In this document: positions 54,214 through 64,000 of the stretch, in pieces
Numbering within the stretch: position 1 is the stretch's first letter
How the letters are laid out: every line of letters begins with the position of its first letter
NCBI GenBank assembly: GCA_965208105.1
Contig: OZ242318.1
Location: forward strand, 4,704,001 to 4,768,000
Reading direction: 5' to 3'
DNA from: Candidatus Latescibacterota bacterium
GTDB taxonomy: Bacteria > Latescibacterota > UBA2968 > UBA8231
Length of the DNA: 64,000 nucleotides
Notes under the pieces: generated by a model
Seen by the model: only the letters and a program-made list of their open reading frames with translations
What the model was told of the DNA's origin: nothing
The model's database searches: none
Position numbers and translations under genes: made by a program

Positions 54214-54465
54214 ATGGCAAACGCACCAAGGACAGGCCGCCGTACCACCGAGGGAAGAGTTGTCGGGGCCAATAGCTCAAAAACGCGGGCAGTCGTAGTC
54301 GAAAAAATGATTACACACAGCCTGTATGGTCGAATTCTCAGGCGTTCGAGAAAGTACGCGGTCCATGACGAGAAGGAGATGTCGAAGGTAGGCGATCTAG
54401 TGCGTATTCAAGAATGTCGTCCCTTGAGTAAAACCAAGAAATGGCGCGTGGTCGAGGTTTTGTAG
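54214..54465 (+). CDS. rpsQ: 30S ribosomal protein S17
   Basis: GRVV, VHDE, GDLVRIQECRPLSKTKKW. Confidence 0.96.
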   Translation: MANAPRTGRRTTEGRVVGANSSKTRAVVVEKMITHSLYGRILRRSRKYAVHDEKEMSKVGDLVRIQECRPLSKTKKWRVVEVL

Positions 54466-54489
54466 TTCGATCTGAAGTCGGGCAAGGAT

Positions 54490-54858
54490 ATGATACAGGA
54501 ATACACAGTGGTAAAAATGGCTGACAATGCCGGGGCGCGCCGTGCGCGCTGTATTCGTGTCCTTGGAGGTTCGAAGAAGCGCTACGCAACCGTCGGTGAT
54601 TTGATCGTTGTAGCCGTTCACGACGTTCTGCCCAACGGACCTTTGAAGGAAGGAGAGGTTGCCCGGGCGGTGATCGTCCGTACGAAAAAGGAGTACCGGC
54701 GTTCCGACGGGTCCTACATCCGTTTTGATGAAAATGCCGCCGTGCTTGTCAATGAGGACAAAGAACCTCGAGGAACCCGCATCTTTGGCCCGGTAGCCAG
54801 AGAGTTGCGCGATAGGCAATTCATGCGCATCATCTCTCTAGCTCCCGAAGTAGTGTAG
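54490..54858 (+). CDS. rplN: 50S ribosomal protein L14
   Basis: [25 protein letters not shown]. Confidence 0.98.
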   Translation: MIQEYTVVKMADNAGARRARCIRVLGGSKKRYATVGDLIVVAVHDVLPNGPLKEGEVARAVIVRTKKEYRRSDGSYIRFDENAAVLVNEDKEPRGTRIFGPVARELRDRQFMRIISLAPEVV

Positions 54859-54883
54859 GCCTTGCCGAATCCGGAGGGTGGAG

Positions 54884-55198
54884 ATGAACATTAGAAAAGG
54901 CGACACAGTTCAAATCATCAGTGGGAACGACAAGGGGAAGCGCGGCAGGGTCCTGAGTGTTGTGAGGGACAAAGATCGGGTCATTGTTGAGGGCATACGC
55001 ATGATGAAGCGCCACCTTCGTCCCACCCGGCAGAATCCCCAGGGGGGAATCATTGAACGGGAAGCATCGATCCACGTGTCGAATCTCATGCTGGTTTGTC
55101 CAAATACAGACAGGCCTACTCGGATTCGCAAGAGGGAGTTGGACGATGGCAAGCACGTGAGAATATCGGCAAGAAGTGGAGAAATGATCGATTCTTAG
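54884..55198 (+). CDS. rplX: 50S ribosomal protein L24
   Basis: [24 protein letters not shown]. Confidence 0.97.
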   Translation: MNIRKGDTVQIISGNDKGKRGRVLSVVRDKDRVIVEGIRMMKRHLRPTRQNPQGGIIEREASIHVSNLMLVCPNTDRPTRIRKRELDDGKHVRISARSGEMIDS

Positions 55199-55201
55199 GC
55201 A

Positions 55202-55753
55202 GTGAATCATATGAAAGCCAGTTTGTACGATCGATATATAAGTGAAATAGTACCTGCCATGTCCGAGCGGTTTGGCTACAAGAATAATATGCAGGTGCCA
55301 AGAATCGAGAAGATCGTCGTCAACATGGGGGTTGGTAGAGCTGCGCAGGACTCCAGGCTGATCGATGGCGCTCTAGCCGACCTGACGGCCATAACGGGAC
55401 AAAAGCCGAGTATCCGTCGATCCAAGAAGGCCATTTCAAACTTCAAATTAAGGCAGGGGATGGCTATCGGGTGCACGGTCACTCTGCGTCGAATTAGAAT
55501 GTATGAGTTTCTCCAGCGGTTGATTGAGTTCGCCCTGCCGCAGGTGCGCGATTTTCGCGGTCTTTCCGAAAATAGTTTCGATGGACGGGGAAATTTTAGT
55601 TTGGGAATAAGAGAGCAAATTATCTTCCCGGAAATCGACTACGACAGCATCGATCAGGACCGCGGAATGGATATCACGATTGTGACTTCCGCCAATACTG
55701 ATGAGGAGAGCAAGGAATTGCTCAATCTCATGGGAGTGCCCTTCGCCAAATAA
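55202..55753 (+). CDS. rplE: 50S ribosomal protein L5
   Basis: [26 protein letters not shown]. Confidence 0.98.
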   Translation: MNHMKASLYDRYISEIVPAMSERFGYKNNMQVPRIEKIVVNMGVGRAAQDSRLIDGALADLTAITGQKPSIRRSKKAISNFKLRQGMAIGCTVTLRRIRMYEFLQRLIEFALPQVRDFRGLSENSFDGRGNFSLGIREQIIFPEIDYDSIDQDRGMDITIVTSANTDEESKELLNLMGVPFAK

Positions 55754-55767
55754 TTGGAGGACCAGAG

Positions 55768-55953
55768 ATGGCCAGAAAGAGTTTATTGGTCAAAACCGCT
55801 AGAGATCCCAAATTTCGGGTGCGCAAATATACCCGATGCTACCGGTGTGGCAGGACCCGTGCCGTCTATAGAAAATTCAACCTTTGCCGGATATGTTTTC
55901 GCGAACTCGCCCTCCAGGGGGAGATTCCCGGTGTAACCAAGGCAAGTTGGTAA
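55768..55953 (+). CDS. rpsN: 30S ribosomal protein S14 type Z
   Basis: RCYRCGR, CRICFRE, KASW. Confidence 0.97.
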   Translation: MARKSLLVKTARDPKFRVRKYTRCYRCGRTRAVYRKFNLCRICFRELALQGEIPGVTKASW

Positions 55954-55969
55954 GGTTGGGAGAACGACC

Positions 55970-56368
55970 ATGAGCATGACCGATCCCATCGCAGACATGC
56001 TGACGCGCATTCGCAATGCTTGCCACGCCCGCCACAAACGTGTCGACGTTCCCGCCTCGAACCTGAAGCGGGAGCTGGCACGAGTTTTGGCAGAAAACCG
56101 CTTCATAGACAATTTCGCGTATATTCAGGACGATAATCAGGGAAAATTGCGCTTGTATTTGCGCTACGACGAGTCAAATGGGAACATCATTCAAGGACTT
56201 CAGCGAATCAGCCGGCCTGGTTTGAGAAAGTACACACCAAAGGACCGGATACCGAGAGTCCTGAATGGACTGGGGATTGCGATCATTTCCACTTCGAAAG
56301 GGGTTTTGACGGATCGCCAGGCCAGAAGGGCTGGCGTTGGCGGGGAGGTTCTTTGCAAGGTCTGGTAA
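55970..56368 (+). CDS. rpsH: 30S ribosomal protein S8
   Basis: DPIADMLTRIRNA, STSKG, GGEVLC. Confidence 0.98.
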   Translation: MSMTDPIADMLTRIRNACHARHKRVDVPASNLKRELARVLAENRFIDNFAYIQDDNQGKLRLYLRYDESNGNIIQGLQRISRPGLRKYTPKDRIPRVLNGLGIAIISTSKGVLTDRQARRAGVGGEVLCKVW

Positions 56369-56396
56369 CCTTCCACATCAGCCGGGAGATTTTTTT

Positions 56397-56953
56397 GTGT
56401 CACGCGTAGGAATTCAGCCTATACCCCTTCCCAGAGGAGTTGACATTGTAGTAAATGCCAATGATGTCATCGTGAAGGGAACAAGGGAGACCTCCAGGTA
56501 GCCTTTGACCCTGACCACGTCGAAGTGCAGGTCGAAAGTGAATCCATTCAGGTAGGGAGAAAATCGGAGCAGAAAACTACCCGGTCCCTGCATGGACTGA
56601 TCCGGTCCCTCATAGCCAATGCCGTTGTTGGAGTCACCGAAGGATTTTCAAAAAGGCTTGACGTATATGGGGTTGGCTATCGGGTCAATCTCCAGGGAAG
56701 GCGCTTGACCATGGATATAGGCTATTCGCATCCGGTGGTCTACGAAGCCCCCGAGGGGATCGAACTGGCCACTGAAGATCCACAGGGGGGCGCCCAGGCC
56801 CGTATCGTTGTTAAGGGTACTGATAAACAAAAGGTGGGGCAGGCGGCAGCCGATATTCGCTTCAAGCGCAAGCCCGAACCTTACAAGGGCAAGGGAATTC
56901 GCTACGAGAACGAAGTAATTCATTTTAAAGCTGGAAAAACAGCGGTGACCTAG
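56397..56953 (+). CDS. rplF: 50S ribosomal protein L6 with an apparent 1-nt deletion near 56480
   Basis: GTG 56397 gives MSRVGIQPIPLP...VIVKG then stops at 56499; the -1 frame continues NKGDLQ...GVGYRV...PEPYKGKGIRY. Confidence 0.93.
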
Positions 56954-56954
56954 G

Positions 56955-57326
56955 ATGGCGCTTAGAAACCAGATAAAAAAAAATTTGCAGCGCAAGCGCC
57001 GCCGCCGGCGGATCCGCAAGCGTTTAGTGGGAACACTGGAAAGGCCCAGGCTCGTCGTCTATCGGAGCCTGCGCAATATCGAGGCACAGATTATCGACGA
57101 CATGGCGGGCCATTCACTGGCTGGGCTTTCCACCCTTTCCAGGGAACTTGACAAAAGCAAATTTGACAATCGGATTGAACAGGGGAAAGAAATCGGCAAG
57201 CTTTTGGCGCACAAAGCGCGAGAGCAGGGAATCGAGCAGGTGCTTTTTGATCGTGGAGGGTTTTCATATCATGGTATCGTCAAGGCCGTGGCAGATGGAG
57301 CTCGCGAAGGTGGTTTGCAGTTCTAG
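56955..57326 (+). CDS. rplR: 50S ribosomal protein L18
   Basis: RPRLVVYRS, AQIIDD, FDRGGFSYHG. Confidence 0.97.
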   Translation: MALRNQIKKNLQRKRRRRRIRKRLVGTLERPRLVVYRSLRNIEAQIIDDMAGHSLAGLSTLSRELDKSKFDNRIEQGKEIGKLLAHKAREQGIEQVLFDRGGFSYHGIVKAVADGAREGGLQF

Positions 57327-57345
57327 AAGGCGGCTGGGGTAAGAA

Positions 57346-57846
57346 ATGATTGATCCGAATAGCCTTGAACTGAGCGAAGTCGTAGTGCAAAACAGCATCA
57401 AACGGGTTTCCCATGTGCGCAAGGGTGGCCGCCGTTTCAGCTTTAACGCCCTCGTCGTAGTGGGGGATCGAAACGGTCATGTGGGAATCGGGACGGGAAA
57501 GGCTGGGGAAATTTCCGAGGCAATTCGGAAAGGTACTGAGACTGCCAAAAAGAACATCGTTGAGGTCCCGGTAGTCAATGGAACGATCCCCCATGAGATG
57601 ATTGGAAGATTCAGTGCTGCCAGGGTGCTGCTCAAACCGGCTGCTCCTGGAACGGGTGTCATAGCCAGCGGAGGTGTGCGAATTGTGCTCGAGCTGGCCG
57701 GACTTCACGATATTTTAACCAAATCCCTGGGTTCCAACAGTACCCAGAATACCGTCAAGGCGACCATTATGGCTCTGTCCCAGATGCGGGATGCGGAAAC
57801 CGTTGCCAGGATTCGTGGTGTTGAGCCCGAATCTTTGCGCGGGTGA
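57346..57846 (+). CDS. rpsE: 30S ribosomal protein S5
   Basis: [24 protein letters not shown]. Confidence 0.98.
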   Translation: MIDPNSLELSEVVVQNSIKRVSHVRKGGRRFSFNALVVVGDRNGHVGIGTGKAGEISEAIRKGTETAKKNIVEVPVVNGTIPHEMIGRFSAARVLLKPAAPGTGVIASGGVRIVLELAGLHDILTKSLGSNSTQNTVKATIMALSQMRDAETVARIRGVEPESLRG

Positions 57847-57865
57847 GCAGTGGGAGAAGGTTGTG

Positions 57866-58048
57866 ATGAAATTGTCAGTGGTTCAACGCAGGAGCGGCAT
57901 CGGCAGGGGCCGTGGTCAAAAGGCGACCATAAGGGCTCTTGGAATCAAGCGGCTGCATCAGAAGGTCGTTCATCGTGATTCACCTCAAATACGGGGCATG
58001 ATCCGGAAAGTTGAGCATTTGGTCGAGGTCGAGGAGGTCGAAGAATAG
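57866..58048 (+). CDS. rpmD: 50S ribosomal protein L30
   Basis: RSGIG, ALGIKR, IRGMIRKVEHLV. Confidence 0.95.
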   Translation: MKLSVVQRRSGIGRGRGQKATIRALGIKRLHQKVVHRDSPQIRGMIRKVEHLVEVEEVEE

Positions 58049-58056
58049 GGGGATAT

Positions 58057-58506
58057 ATGCAGCTCGGAAAAATCAAATGTCCTCCCGGGTCACGGAAAAA
58101 ACCCAAACGCCTGGGGCAGGGGGTTGGCTCGGGAAAAGGGAAGACCTCCGGAAAGGGACATAAAGGGCAGAGGTCCAGGTCAGGTGCCAAACGGGGCCGG
58201 CGGATCGATTTTGAGGGAGGGCAAAATCCCATGCATCGCCGTCTTCCCAAGATTGGTTTCTCCAACCAGATATTCAGGAAAACCTACCAGATAGTCAATC
58301 TGGCCTCCATCGACGCCCGCGGATTGGAAGGTGAGGTCGGTCCGGAGGAGCTGGTGAGTGCCGGGCTTGTAAAAAAGAAGTCGGTGCCGATTAAAATTCT
58401 GGGGAACGGCGACTTGCATCGAAAAATTTCTATAAAAGCCCACAAATTCTCCCGTGCTGCCAGGGAAAAAATAGACCAGGCCGGCGGAAAAGTAGAGGTA
58501 ATCTGA
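58057..58506 (+). CDS. rplO: 50S ribosomal protein L15
   Basis: GSGKGKTSGKGHKGQ, FEGGQ, KILGNG. Confidence 0.98.
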   Translation: MQLGKIKCPPGSRKKPKRLGQGVGSGKGKTSGKGHKGQRSRSGAKRGRRIDFEGGQNPMHRRLPKIGFSNQIFRKTYQIVNLASIDARGLEGEVGPEELVSAGLVKKKSVPIKILGNGDLHRKISIKAHKFSRAAREKIDQAGGKVEVI

Positions 58507-58507
58507 A

Positions 58508-59845
58508 GTGCTTCGGGGTTTTCAAAACTGTTTAAAGATTCCCGATTTGCGACGGCGCATCATCTTCTCGGTCTCTTTGCTGGTCGTCTATCGAATAGGC
58601 GGACAGGTTACCGCGCCTGGAATTGACGTGCAAGTGCTCCAGGAGTTTTTTGCAGGTGCCGGCAATACGCTATTCGGGCTCTATGACATGTTTGTTGGAG
58701 GGGCCTTTACCCGGGGAACCATCTTCGCCCTGGGTATCATGCCCTACATCAGTGCCTCCATCATTCTGCAGCTGCTGGGAGCTGTGATCCCCCACTTCCA
58801 GAAGTTACAACGCGAAGGGGAGGAGGGAAGAAAAAAGATAACCCAGTACACGCGCTATGGAACGGTGGTGCTGGCTGCCGGTCAAGCCTTTGGCGTGAGT
58901 TTCTTCCTCGAAGGCATAAGGGGTCCCGACTCGGGTCTGCCGGCCGTACCCGATCCGGGCTTGGGATTCATGCTCTCTACCGTGCTCACCATTACCACCG
59001 GGACCGTTTTTATCATGTGGTTGGGAGAGCAGATTACCGAACACGGAATCGGCAACGGAATTTCGCTTATCATCTTTATCGGAATCGTGGCCGAGCTGCC
59101 CTTGGCCATCAAGAGCGAGTGGTCCCACTATCTGGTCAACCGCGGGAGCGGTAAGAACCTCATCGAGGAACTGTTCCTGATCGCGCTGATGTTTGCCATC
59201 GTGGCTTTTGTAATTCTGTTGACCCAGGGACTGCGCAAGATTCCGGTTCAATACGCCAAGCGAGTAGTCGGACGCAGGGTCTACGGTGGCCAGACGACCC
59301 ATATCCCCCTTAGAATCAATACCGCCGGCGTGATTCCGATCATCTTTGCTCAGTCAATCATGTTTCTGCCCGGGACGATGACCCAGATGTTTCCTGGCAG
59401 CCAGGTCATGGAGGCGGTGGGCGGGTTCTTCTCGACCGAGTCTCTTTTTTACTGGTTCGTTTACGGTCTCATGATAATTTTCTTCGCTTATTTTTATACA
59501 GCCATCGTGATGGACCCGAATCAGTTGTCGGACAATATGAAGAAGCATGGCGGCTTTATTCCCGGAGTCAGGCCAGGGAAGAGGACCACGGAGCACATCG
59601 ATCGAATAATGACGCGCATAACCCTGCCGGGGTCCATAGCCCTTGCTGCAGTTGCAATTTTCCCATTTTTCATCACTCGTCAGTTCAACGTAACTCCCTC
59701 TTTTGCCCAGTTCTTTGGCGGTACCGGTTTGTTGATCATCGTCGGCGTAGCCCTCGATACCTTGCAGCAAGTCGAGTCGCAGTTGATGACCCGTCATTAC
59801 GAAGGTTTTATGAAGAGAGGCAAAATCCAAGGACGACGAGGATAA
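58508..59845 (+). CDS. secY: preprotein translocase subunit SecY
   Basis: [43 protein letters not shown]. Confidence 0.98.
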   Translation: MLRGFQNCLKIPDLRRRIIFSVSLLVVYRIGGQVTAPGIDVQVLQEFFAGAGNTLFGLYDMFVGGAFTRGTIFALGIMPYISASIILQLLGAVIPHFQKLQREGEEGRKKITQYTRYGTVVLAAGQAFGVSFFLEGIRGPDSGLPAVPDPGLGFMLSTVLTITTGTVFIMWLGEQITEHGIGNGISLIIFIGIVAELPLAIKSEWSHYLVNRGSGKNLIEELFLIALMFAIVAFVILLTQGLRKIPVQYAKRVVGRRVYGGQTTHIPLRINTAGVIPIIFAQSIMFLPGTMTQMFPGSQVMEAVGGFFSTESLFYWFVYGLMIIFFAYFYTAIVMDPNQLSDNMKKHGGFIPGVRPGKRTTEHIDRIMTRITLPGSIALAAVAIFPFFITRQFNVTPSFAQFFGGTGLLIIVGVALDTLQQVESQLMTRHYEGFMKRGKIQGRRG

Positions 59846-59870
59846 AATTCTCTCTGGTTGTGAGTCCGAA

Positions 59871-60023
59871 ATGAAAGTCAAGCCTTCGGTAGGAAAACGT
59901 TGCAACGAGTGTAAAATCGTCCGTCGCCATGGCGTCGTGAAGGTGATCTGCAGTCGCAACCCGAAACACAAGCAGAGACAGGGCGCCGGCGCCCGGACCA
60001 GCGGGAGGGTCAAGAAGGGATGA
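59871..60023 (+). CDS. rpmJ: 50S ribosomal protein L36 with a 12-aa C-terminal extension
   Basis: Translated by hand: [50 protein letters not shown]. Confidence 0.95.
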   Translation: MKVKPSVGKRCNECKIVRRHGVVKVICSRNPKHKQRQGAGARTSGRVKKG

Positions 60024-60055
60024 ATCACGGTCCAAACTTTCGAGAGAGGTAGCAA

Positions 60056-60439
60056 TTGGCACGCATAGCAGGAGTAGATTTGCCCCGCGACAAAAGAATT
60101 GGAGTTGGCCTCACCTACATCTACGGCATTGGCCGGAGTTTGGCGACCAAGATCCTTGAGCAGACGGGGGTGGATTTTGATACCCGGGTCAACGCCCTGA
60201 CTGAAGGTCAGGTCAACCAGCTCCGAGGCATAATCGAGAACAGTTACAAGATTGAAGGAAGCCTGCGGGGAGAGGTGAATATGAGCATCAAGCGCCTGAT
60301 GGATGTCGGCTGCTACAGGGGACTGCGGCATCGTCGAGGGTTGCCCGCCCGCGGTCAACGCACCAAGACCAATGCGCGCTGCCGCAAGGGACCGCGGCGT
60401 GCCATCGCCGGGAAGAAGAAGGCTCCTCAGCAGAAATAA
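60056..60439 (+). CDS. rpsM: 30S ribosomal protein S13
   Basis: [22 protein letters not shown]. Confidence 0.98.
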   Translation: MARIAGVDLPRDKRIGVGLTYIYGIGRSLATKILEQTGVDFDTRVNALTEGQVNQLRGIIENSYKIEGSLRGEVNMSIKRLMDVGCYRGLRHRRGLPARGQRTKTNARCRKGPRRAIAGKKKAPQQK

Positions 60440-60480
60440 TCAATTTCCATCCCAATTACCTTCACACAAAGGGTATACAC

Positions 60481-60873
60481 TTGCCACCGGAAAAAGGACG
60501 CAGGAGACAGAAAAAGGCCAGGCAGGTAGAATCGGTAGGGGTTGCTCACATACTGGCCACATTCAACAACACCATCATCACCCTGACGGACCGCCAGGGA
60601 AACGTTATTTCCTGGGCAACTCCGGGGAAGATGGGGATTTCGGGAAGCCGCAAATCAACCCCTTTTGCCGGGCAGCTTGCGGCCGGCAAGGCGGCAGAGG
60701 AGGCGATGAACATGGGCCTGAGACGGGTCGAGGTCTGGGTAAAGGGACCAGGCGTGGGACGGGAGTCAGCCATCCGAGCACTGCAGGGGTCGGGTCTCGA
60801 GATCTCGGCGATTCGCGACGTCACCCCCATTCCCCATAACGGCTGCCGTCCACCCAAGCGTCGTCGGGTTTAG
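60481..60873 (+). CDS. rpsK: 30S ribosomal protein S11
   Basis: [27 protein letters not shown]. Confidence 0.98.
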   Translation: MPPEKGRRRQKKARQVESVGVAHILATFNNTIITLTDRQGNVISWATPGKMGISGSRKSTPFAGQLAAGKAAEEAMNMGLRRVEVWVKGPGVGRESAIRALQGSGLEISAIRDVTPIPHNGCRPPKRRRV

Positions 60874-60887
60874 GGGAGGATAGTGGA

Positions 60888-61514
60888 ATGAGTAGATACG
60901 TCGGTCCCAACTGCCGGTTCTGTCGCCGAGAGGGAACGAAGCTGTTTCTCAAGGGTGAGCGCTGCAATCTGGAAAAATGCTCCTTCGAGCGACGCAGTTA
61001 CGCCCCCGGACAACACGGTCAGGGAATGAGGCGCAAGCAGTCGGATTTCAGTGTACAGCTCAGGGCGAAGCAGCAACTTGCCCGCCTCTATGGCATCCGT
61101 GAGGGACAATTTCGAAAATACTACAAGGAGGCGACAAGAATCCCCGGGGTTAGTGGTGAAAATCTACTCTGCCTGCTGGAGAGCCGCCTGGATAACATTC
61201 TTCACCGGCTCGGCTTTGCCCCATCCCGCAAGGCTGCGCGCCAGCTGGTGCGACATAATCACATTACGGTCAACGGGCGCAGGATAAATATTCCTTCCTA
61301 CATGACCAAACCAGGAGACGTGGTCAAGGTCGCTGAAAAAAGCCGCAGGCACGAAATGATTCACGAGTCTCTGAGGCGGACCAGAGAAATAGTTCCATGG
61401 CTGTCAGTGGACAAGATCAATCTCGAAGGAACCATTCTCGAGAGACCCAGCCGGGATGATATTCCCACGGTAGCCGAGGAACAACTGGTCATTGAATTTT
61501 ATTCGAGAGTGTAA
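60888..61514 (+). CDS. rpsD: 30S ribosomal protein S4
   Basis: CRFCRRE, PGQHG, LESRLDN, EFYSR. Confidence 0.98.
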   Translation: MSRYVGPNCRFCRREGTKLFLKGERCNLEKCSFERRSYAPGQHGQGMRRKQSDFSVQLRAKQQLARLYGIREGQFRKYYKEATRIPGVSGENLLCLLESRLDNILHRLGFAPSRKAARQLVRHNHITVNGRRINIPSYMTKPGDVVKVAEKSRRHEMIHESLRRTREIVPWLSVDKINLEGTILERPSRDDIPTVAEEQLVIEFYSRV

Positions 61515-61568
61515 TCCCATTTCTCCTCTTGAGCATTTTCACCGGAACCACAGGGAGTTGGATTTTCT

Positions 61569-62585
61569 ATGAAATTTGAAGGTCTCCAGATGCCCAGGCT
61601 TATCGAAATCGATAAGGAAAGTCTCAGCGAGACTTATGGGAGATTTGTACTGCAACCGCTCGAGCGTGGATTCGGCACCACTTTAGGTCATGCTCTCAGG
61701 AGGGTTCTGCTCTCTGCCATCCAGGGAGTGGCGATCAAGCAAATAAGCATAGAGGGCGTTCAACACGAGTTCACGGTAGTGGAGGGGGTCTACGAGGACG
61801 TTCCTGAAATCGTACTCAACCTCAAAGAGGTGGCGTTGCGCTATCAGGGAGACGAAGACCGCGTATTGCATGTGGACTATTCCGGACCGGGCAAACTCCT
61901 GGCAAAGGATCTGGCAGTCGACTCCGGCGTGGAGATCATGAATCCGGATCTCCACATTGCCACCCTGGAAGAGGGGGCCAAGCTGACCCTGCAAATCACA
62001 GTGGGGCAGGGGCGTGGGTACCAGTTCGCCGAAGAGAACAAGACGTCAGATCAGCCCATCGGCGCCATCCCCCTTGATACCAACTACTCCCCCGTTCTCA
62101 AGGTGAATTACGATATAGAAAATGCCAGGGTTGGGCGCCGGACGGACTATGACAAGCTCACGATGGAAATCTGGACGGACGGGGCCGTTCATCCCGAGGA
62201 TGCTCTTGCCCAGGCTTCCAAGCTCCTCACCGAGCACCTGCGCCTCTTCATCAATTTTGAAGAAGAGCCGCCGGGGCAAGAGGAGAAAATGGTCGATGAA
62301 GAGACCAAGCGCATCGCAAAACTACTCATAACTTCGGTAGAAGAACTGGAGTTGTCCGTGCGTTCGGCGAACTGTCTGAGGGCGGCCGGAATCACCCGCC
62401 TGAAGCACCTGGTTTCCCTCTCTGAATCGGAGATGTTGAAATACCGGAATTTCGGCCGCAAGTCTCTCAATGAATTGAGCGAGATCTTGGAGTCGCTCAA
62501 CCTGAAGTGGGGCATGGACCTGAGTCCTTACGAGAATATAGAGGTGGACGAAGAGGCTCCGGACCCATTGGTAGAGGAGTATTGA
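61569..62585 (+). CDS. rpoA: RNA polymerase alpha subunit
   Basis: PLERGFGTTLG, LELSVRSANCL, NFGRKSL. Confidence 0.98.
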   Translation: MKFEGLQMPRLIEIDKESLSETYGRFVLQPLERGFGTTLGHALRRVLLSAIQGVAIKQISIEGVQHEFTVVEGVYEDVPEIVLNLKEVALRYQGDEDRVLHVDYSGPGKLLAKDLAVDSGVEIMNPDLHIATLEEGAKLTLQITVGQGRGYQFAEENKTSDQPIGAIPLDTNYSPVLKVNYDIENARVGRRTDYDKLTMEIWTDGAVHPEDALAQASKLLTEHLRLFINFEEEPPGQEEKMVDEETKRIAKLLITSVEELELSVRSANCLRAAGITRLKHLVSLSESEMLKYRNFGRKSLNELSEILESLNLKWGMDLSPYENIEVDEEAPDPLVEEY

Positions 62586-62591
62586 CAGGCC

Positions 62592-63035
62592 ATGCGACAC
62601 GGCAGGAAAGTCGCCAAACTGGGGCGCTCACACAGCCATAGAAGATCGATGCTGGCAAATATGACCACATCCCTTCTCGAGAACGGCACCATCCGCACCA
62701 CTCATGCTAAAGCCAGGGAGTTGCGGGTTGTGGCCGAAAACATGATCACCTTTGCCAAGCGCGGCGATTTACATGCGCGGCGCGAGGTGTTGCGTCTTAT
62801 CGCAAATAAGCAGGTTGTTGCCAAACTCTTCGACGAGTTGGGGCCCCGTTACCAAGGCCGCAATGGAGGCTATACCCGCACCGTGAAGGCTGCCCCGCGC
62901 CTTGGAGATGGAGCTTTGATGTGCATTGTCGAGTTGGTCGATCGGCCGGAGGCGACGGCAGGAGAAGGGGAAGTAGAGGAGTCCGGGGCCGCTCAAAACA
63001 CAGAGGACGAGGGAGAAGAGAAGAACAAGGCCTGA
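62592..63035 (+). CDS. rplQ: 50S ribosomal protein L17
   Basis: MRHG..KLGR, RNGGYTR, GDGA. Confidence 0.98.
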   Translation: MRHGRKVAKLGRSHSHRRSMLANMTTSLLENGTIRTTHAKARELRVVAENMITFAKRGDLHARREVLRLIANKQVVAKLFDELGPRYQGRNGGYTRTVKAAPRLGDGALMCIVELVDRPEATAGEGEVEESGAAQNTEDEGEEKNKA

Positions 63036-63068
63036 AGCCTACGTTGCGCAGGGAATCTACCGGGGACG

Positions 63069-63105
63069 GCGAGGCAGGATCAAGTTATTCTTGCCTCGTT
63101 TTTTT
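63069..63105 (+). terminator. intrinsic terminator of the alpha operon
   Basis: CGAGGCAGGA...TCTTGCCTCG followed by TTTTTTT. Confidence 0.8.
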
Positions 63106-63203
63106 ATGGAGCCAGGAGCAATGGAAGCGGGATCCAAAGGGGATCAGCAGGCCTTCAGTGGCCTGGAAATATTCCCGCTGGATGATTCACAAGGTGTGGT
63201 GCC

Positions 63204-64000
63204 ATGAACTTTCGTCCACCGAGGCCGCGGGGGATGTGGGATACCTGGATTTTTCCATGGGAGGACAGCTTCCACCTGTTCTATCTTGAGAACTTCGGCT
63301 CGGGGTCAACTCACGTGGGCCACTGGGTCGGCCAGGATCTCCTTCACTGGGAAGAACGCCAGTCCATACCCGTCATCACGGGAAAGCCGGGCGATTGGAA
63401 CGCGGAGGGCCCCATTCTCACCGGAATGGTGGTCCACCGTGAAGGGAAGTTCTACCTCTATATCGGAGCCACCCGGGAGGGGGTCGAACTCACAGGCGTC
63501 TTCATCTCCGACGATCTCGATGTCTGGTCGCCTTATCATGGGAACCCCGTTTTCCGGCCTGCCGCTCCCCATTACCTGGACAGGCCCGTTCCTCCCTTCT
63601 TCTCGAGTAAGCTGGATTTCCGCGATCCCTTCATCTTTTTCCGCCCCGAAGACCGGCATTATCACGCGCTGCTGCACGGCCGTCTGCCGCAGTGGAGTCA
63701 CGAGCACACCGGAGCGGTGGTTGCCCATATGCGATCAGCCGACCTGCTCAGCTGGGAACATCTGCAGCCGGTCGACGCGCCTACCGGCAGGTTTGAAAAG
63801 ACCGAGATCCCCGATCTGTTCGCGATGGAGGAACGCCACTATCTCGCCTTCACCTCCAGGAGTCGGGGAGGAATCCGTCTCAGTACGGGTGGCCGGGACA
63901 ACGCGGACGGCACCTTCTACGCAATCTCGGATAGCTGGGACGGCCCATTTTCTCTGCCGGCGGACTATTTGCTGGTAGGTGCGGAGAAGGGGGTAATGGG
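63204..64000 (+). CDS. glycoside hydrolase clan GH-J (GH32/GH68-like five-bladed beta-propeller), 3'-truncated by the window
   Basis: Translated by hand: MNFRP..MWDTW..FHLFYL..DLLHWEE..DFRDP..TEIPDLF; missing from the ORF track because no stop falls within the window. Confidence 0.8.
   Translation, partial: MNFRPPRPRGMWDTWIFPWEDSFHLFYLENFGSGSTHVGHWVGQDLLHWEERQSIPVITGKPGDWNAEGPILTGMVVHREGKFYLYIGATREGVELTGVFISDDLDVWSPYHGNPVFRPAAPHYLDRPVPPFFSSKLDFRDPFIFFRPEDRHYHALLHGRLPQWSHEHTGAVVAHMRSADLLSWEHLQPVDAPTGRFEKTEIPDLFAMEERHYLAFTSRSRGGIRLSTGGRDNADGTFYAISDSWDGPFSLPADYLLVGAEKGVM

Noticed and set aside
63286-63978. 230-aa ORF listed in the track
   Set aside because: Wrong frame; the glycoside hydrolase motifs are in the frame starting at 63204

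Overview
GC-rich bacterial chromosomal window, probably from an FCB-superphylum, Latescibacterota-like lineage (inferred from protein style and gene order, not searched). 1-10.5 kb is housekeeping: nnr, carB, a large TPR lipoprotein with a TonB-C-like tail, pyrK-pyrD and rlpA. About 10.6-19.6 kb is an accessory, more AT-rich island that begins with an IS256 remnant. It encodes a candidate peptide-maturation system: a 126-aa Cys-free precursor-like protein with a leader ending VTAY|G, a CPBP/Abi protease, an ABC exporter, an S8 peptidase fused to a DUF1611-like putative N-acyltransferase, a free ACP, and a BtrH-like / carrier / epimerase-type NRPS fusion with no A or KS domain. This island is the best candidate for an undescribed system, possibly N-terminal acylation of a ribosomal peptide or protein. 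19.6-33.5 kb holds pcm, a GT9, a displaced rplC, HIT, a 6S-like structured RNA, a PfkB kinase, an orphan infC (ATC start), zapA, a LarA-like protein, dinB, YgfZ-like, aminotransferase III, M20, greA and a triple CCCH-repeat protein. 33.7-63 kb is the tRNA-rpmG-secE-nusG-rpl-rpoBC-str-S10-spc-alpha supercluster. It lacks rplC, a second tuf, adk, map and infA, and shows a frameshifted rplF, a C-terminally extended L36, and substitutions at rifampicin and streptomycin resistance positions. A GH32/GH68-like gene runs off the right end. A MITE family supplies the stop codons of two genes. No CRISPR array or rRNA was seen. Family assignments come from motif recognition; no searches were run.
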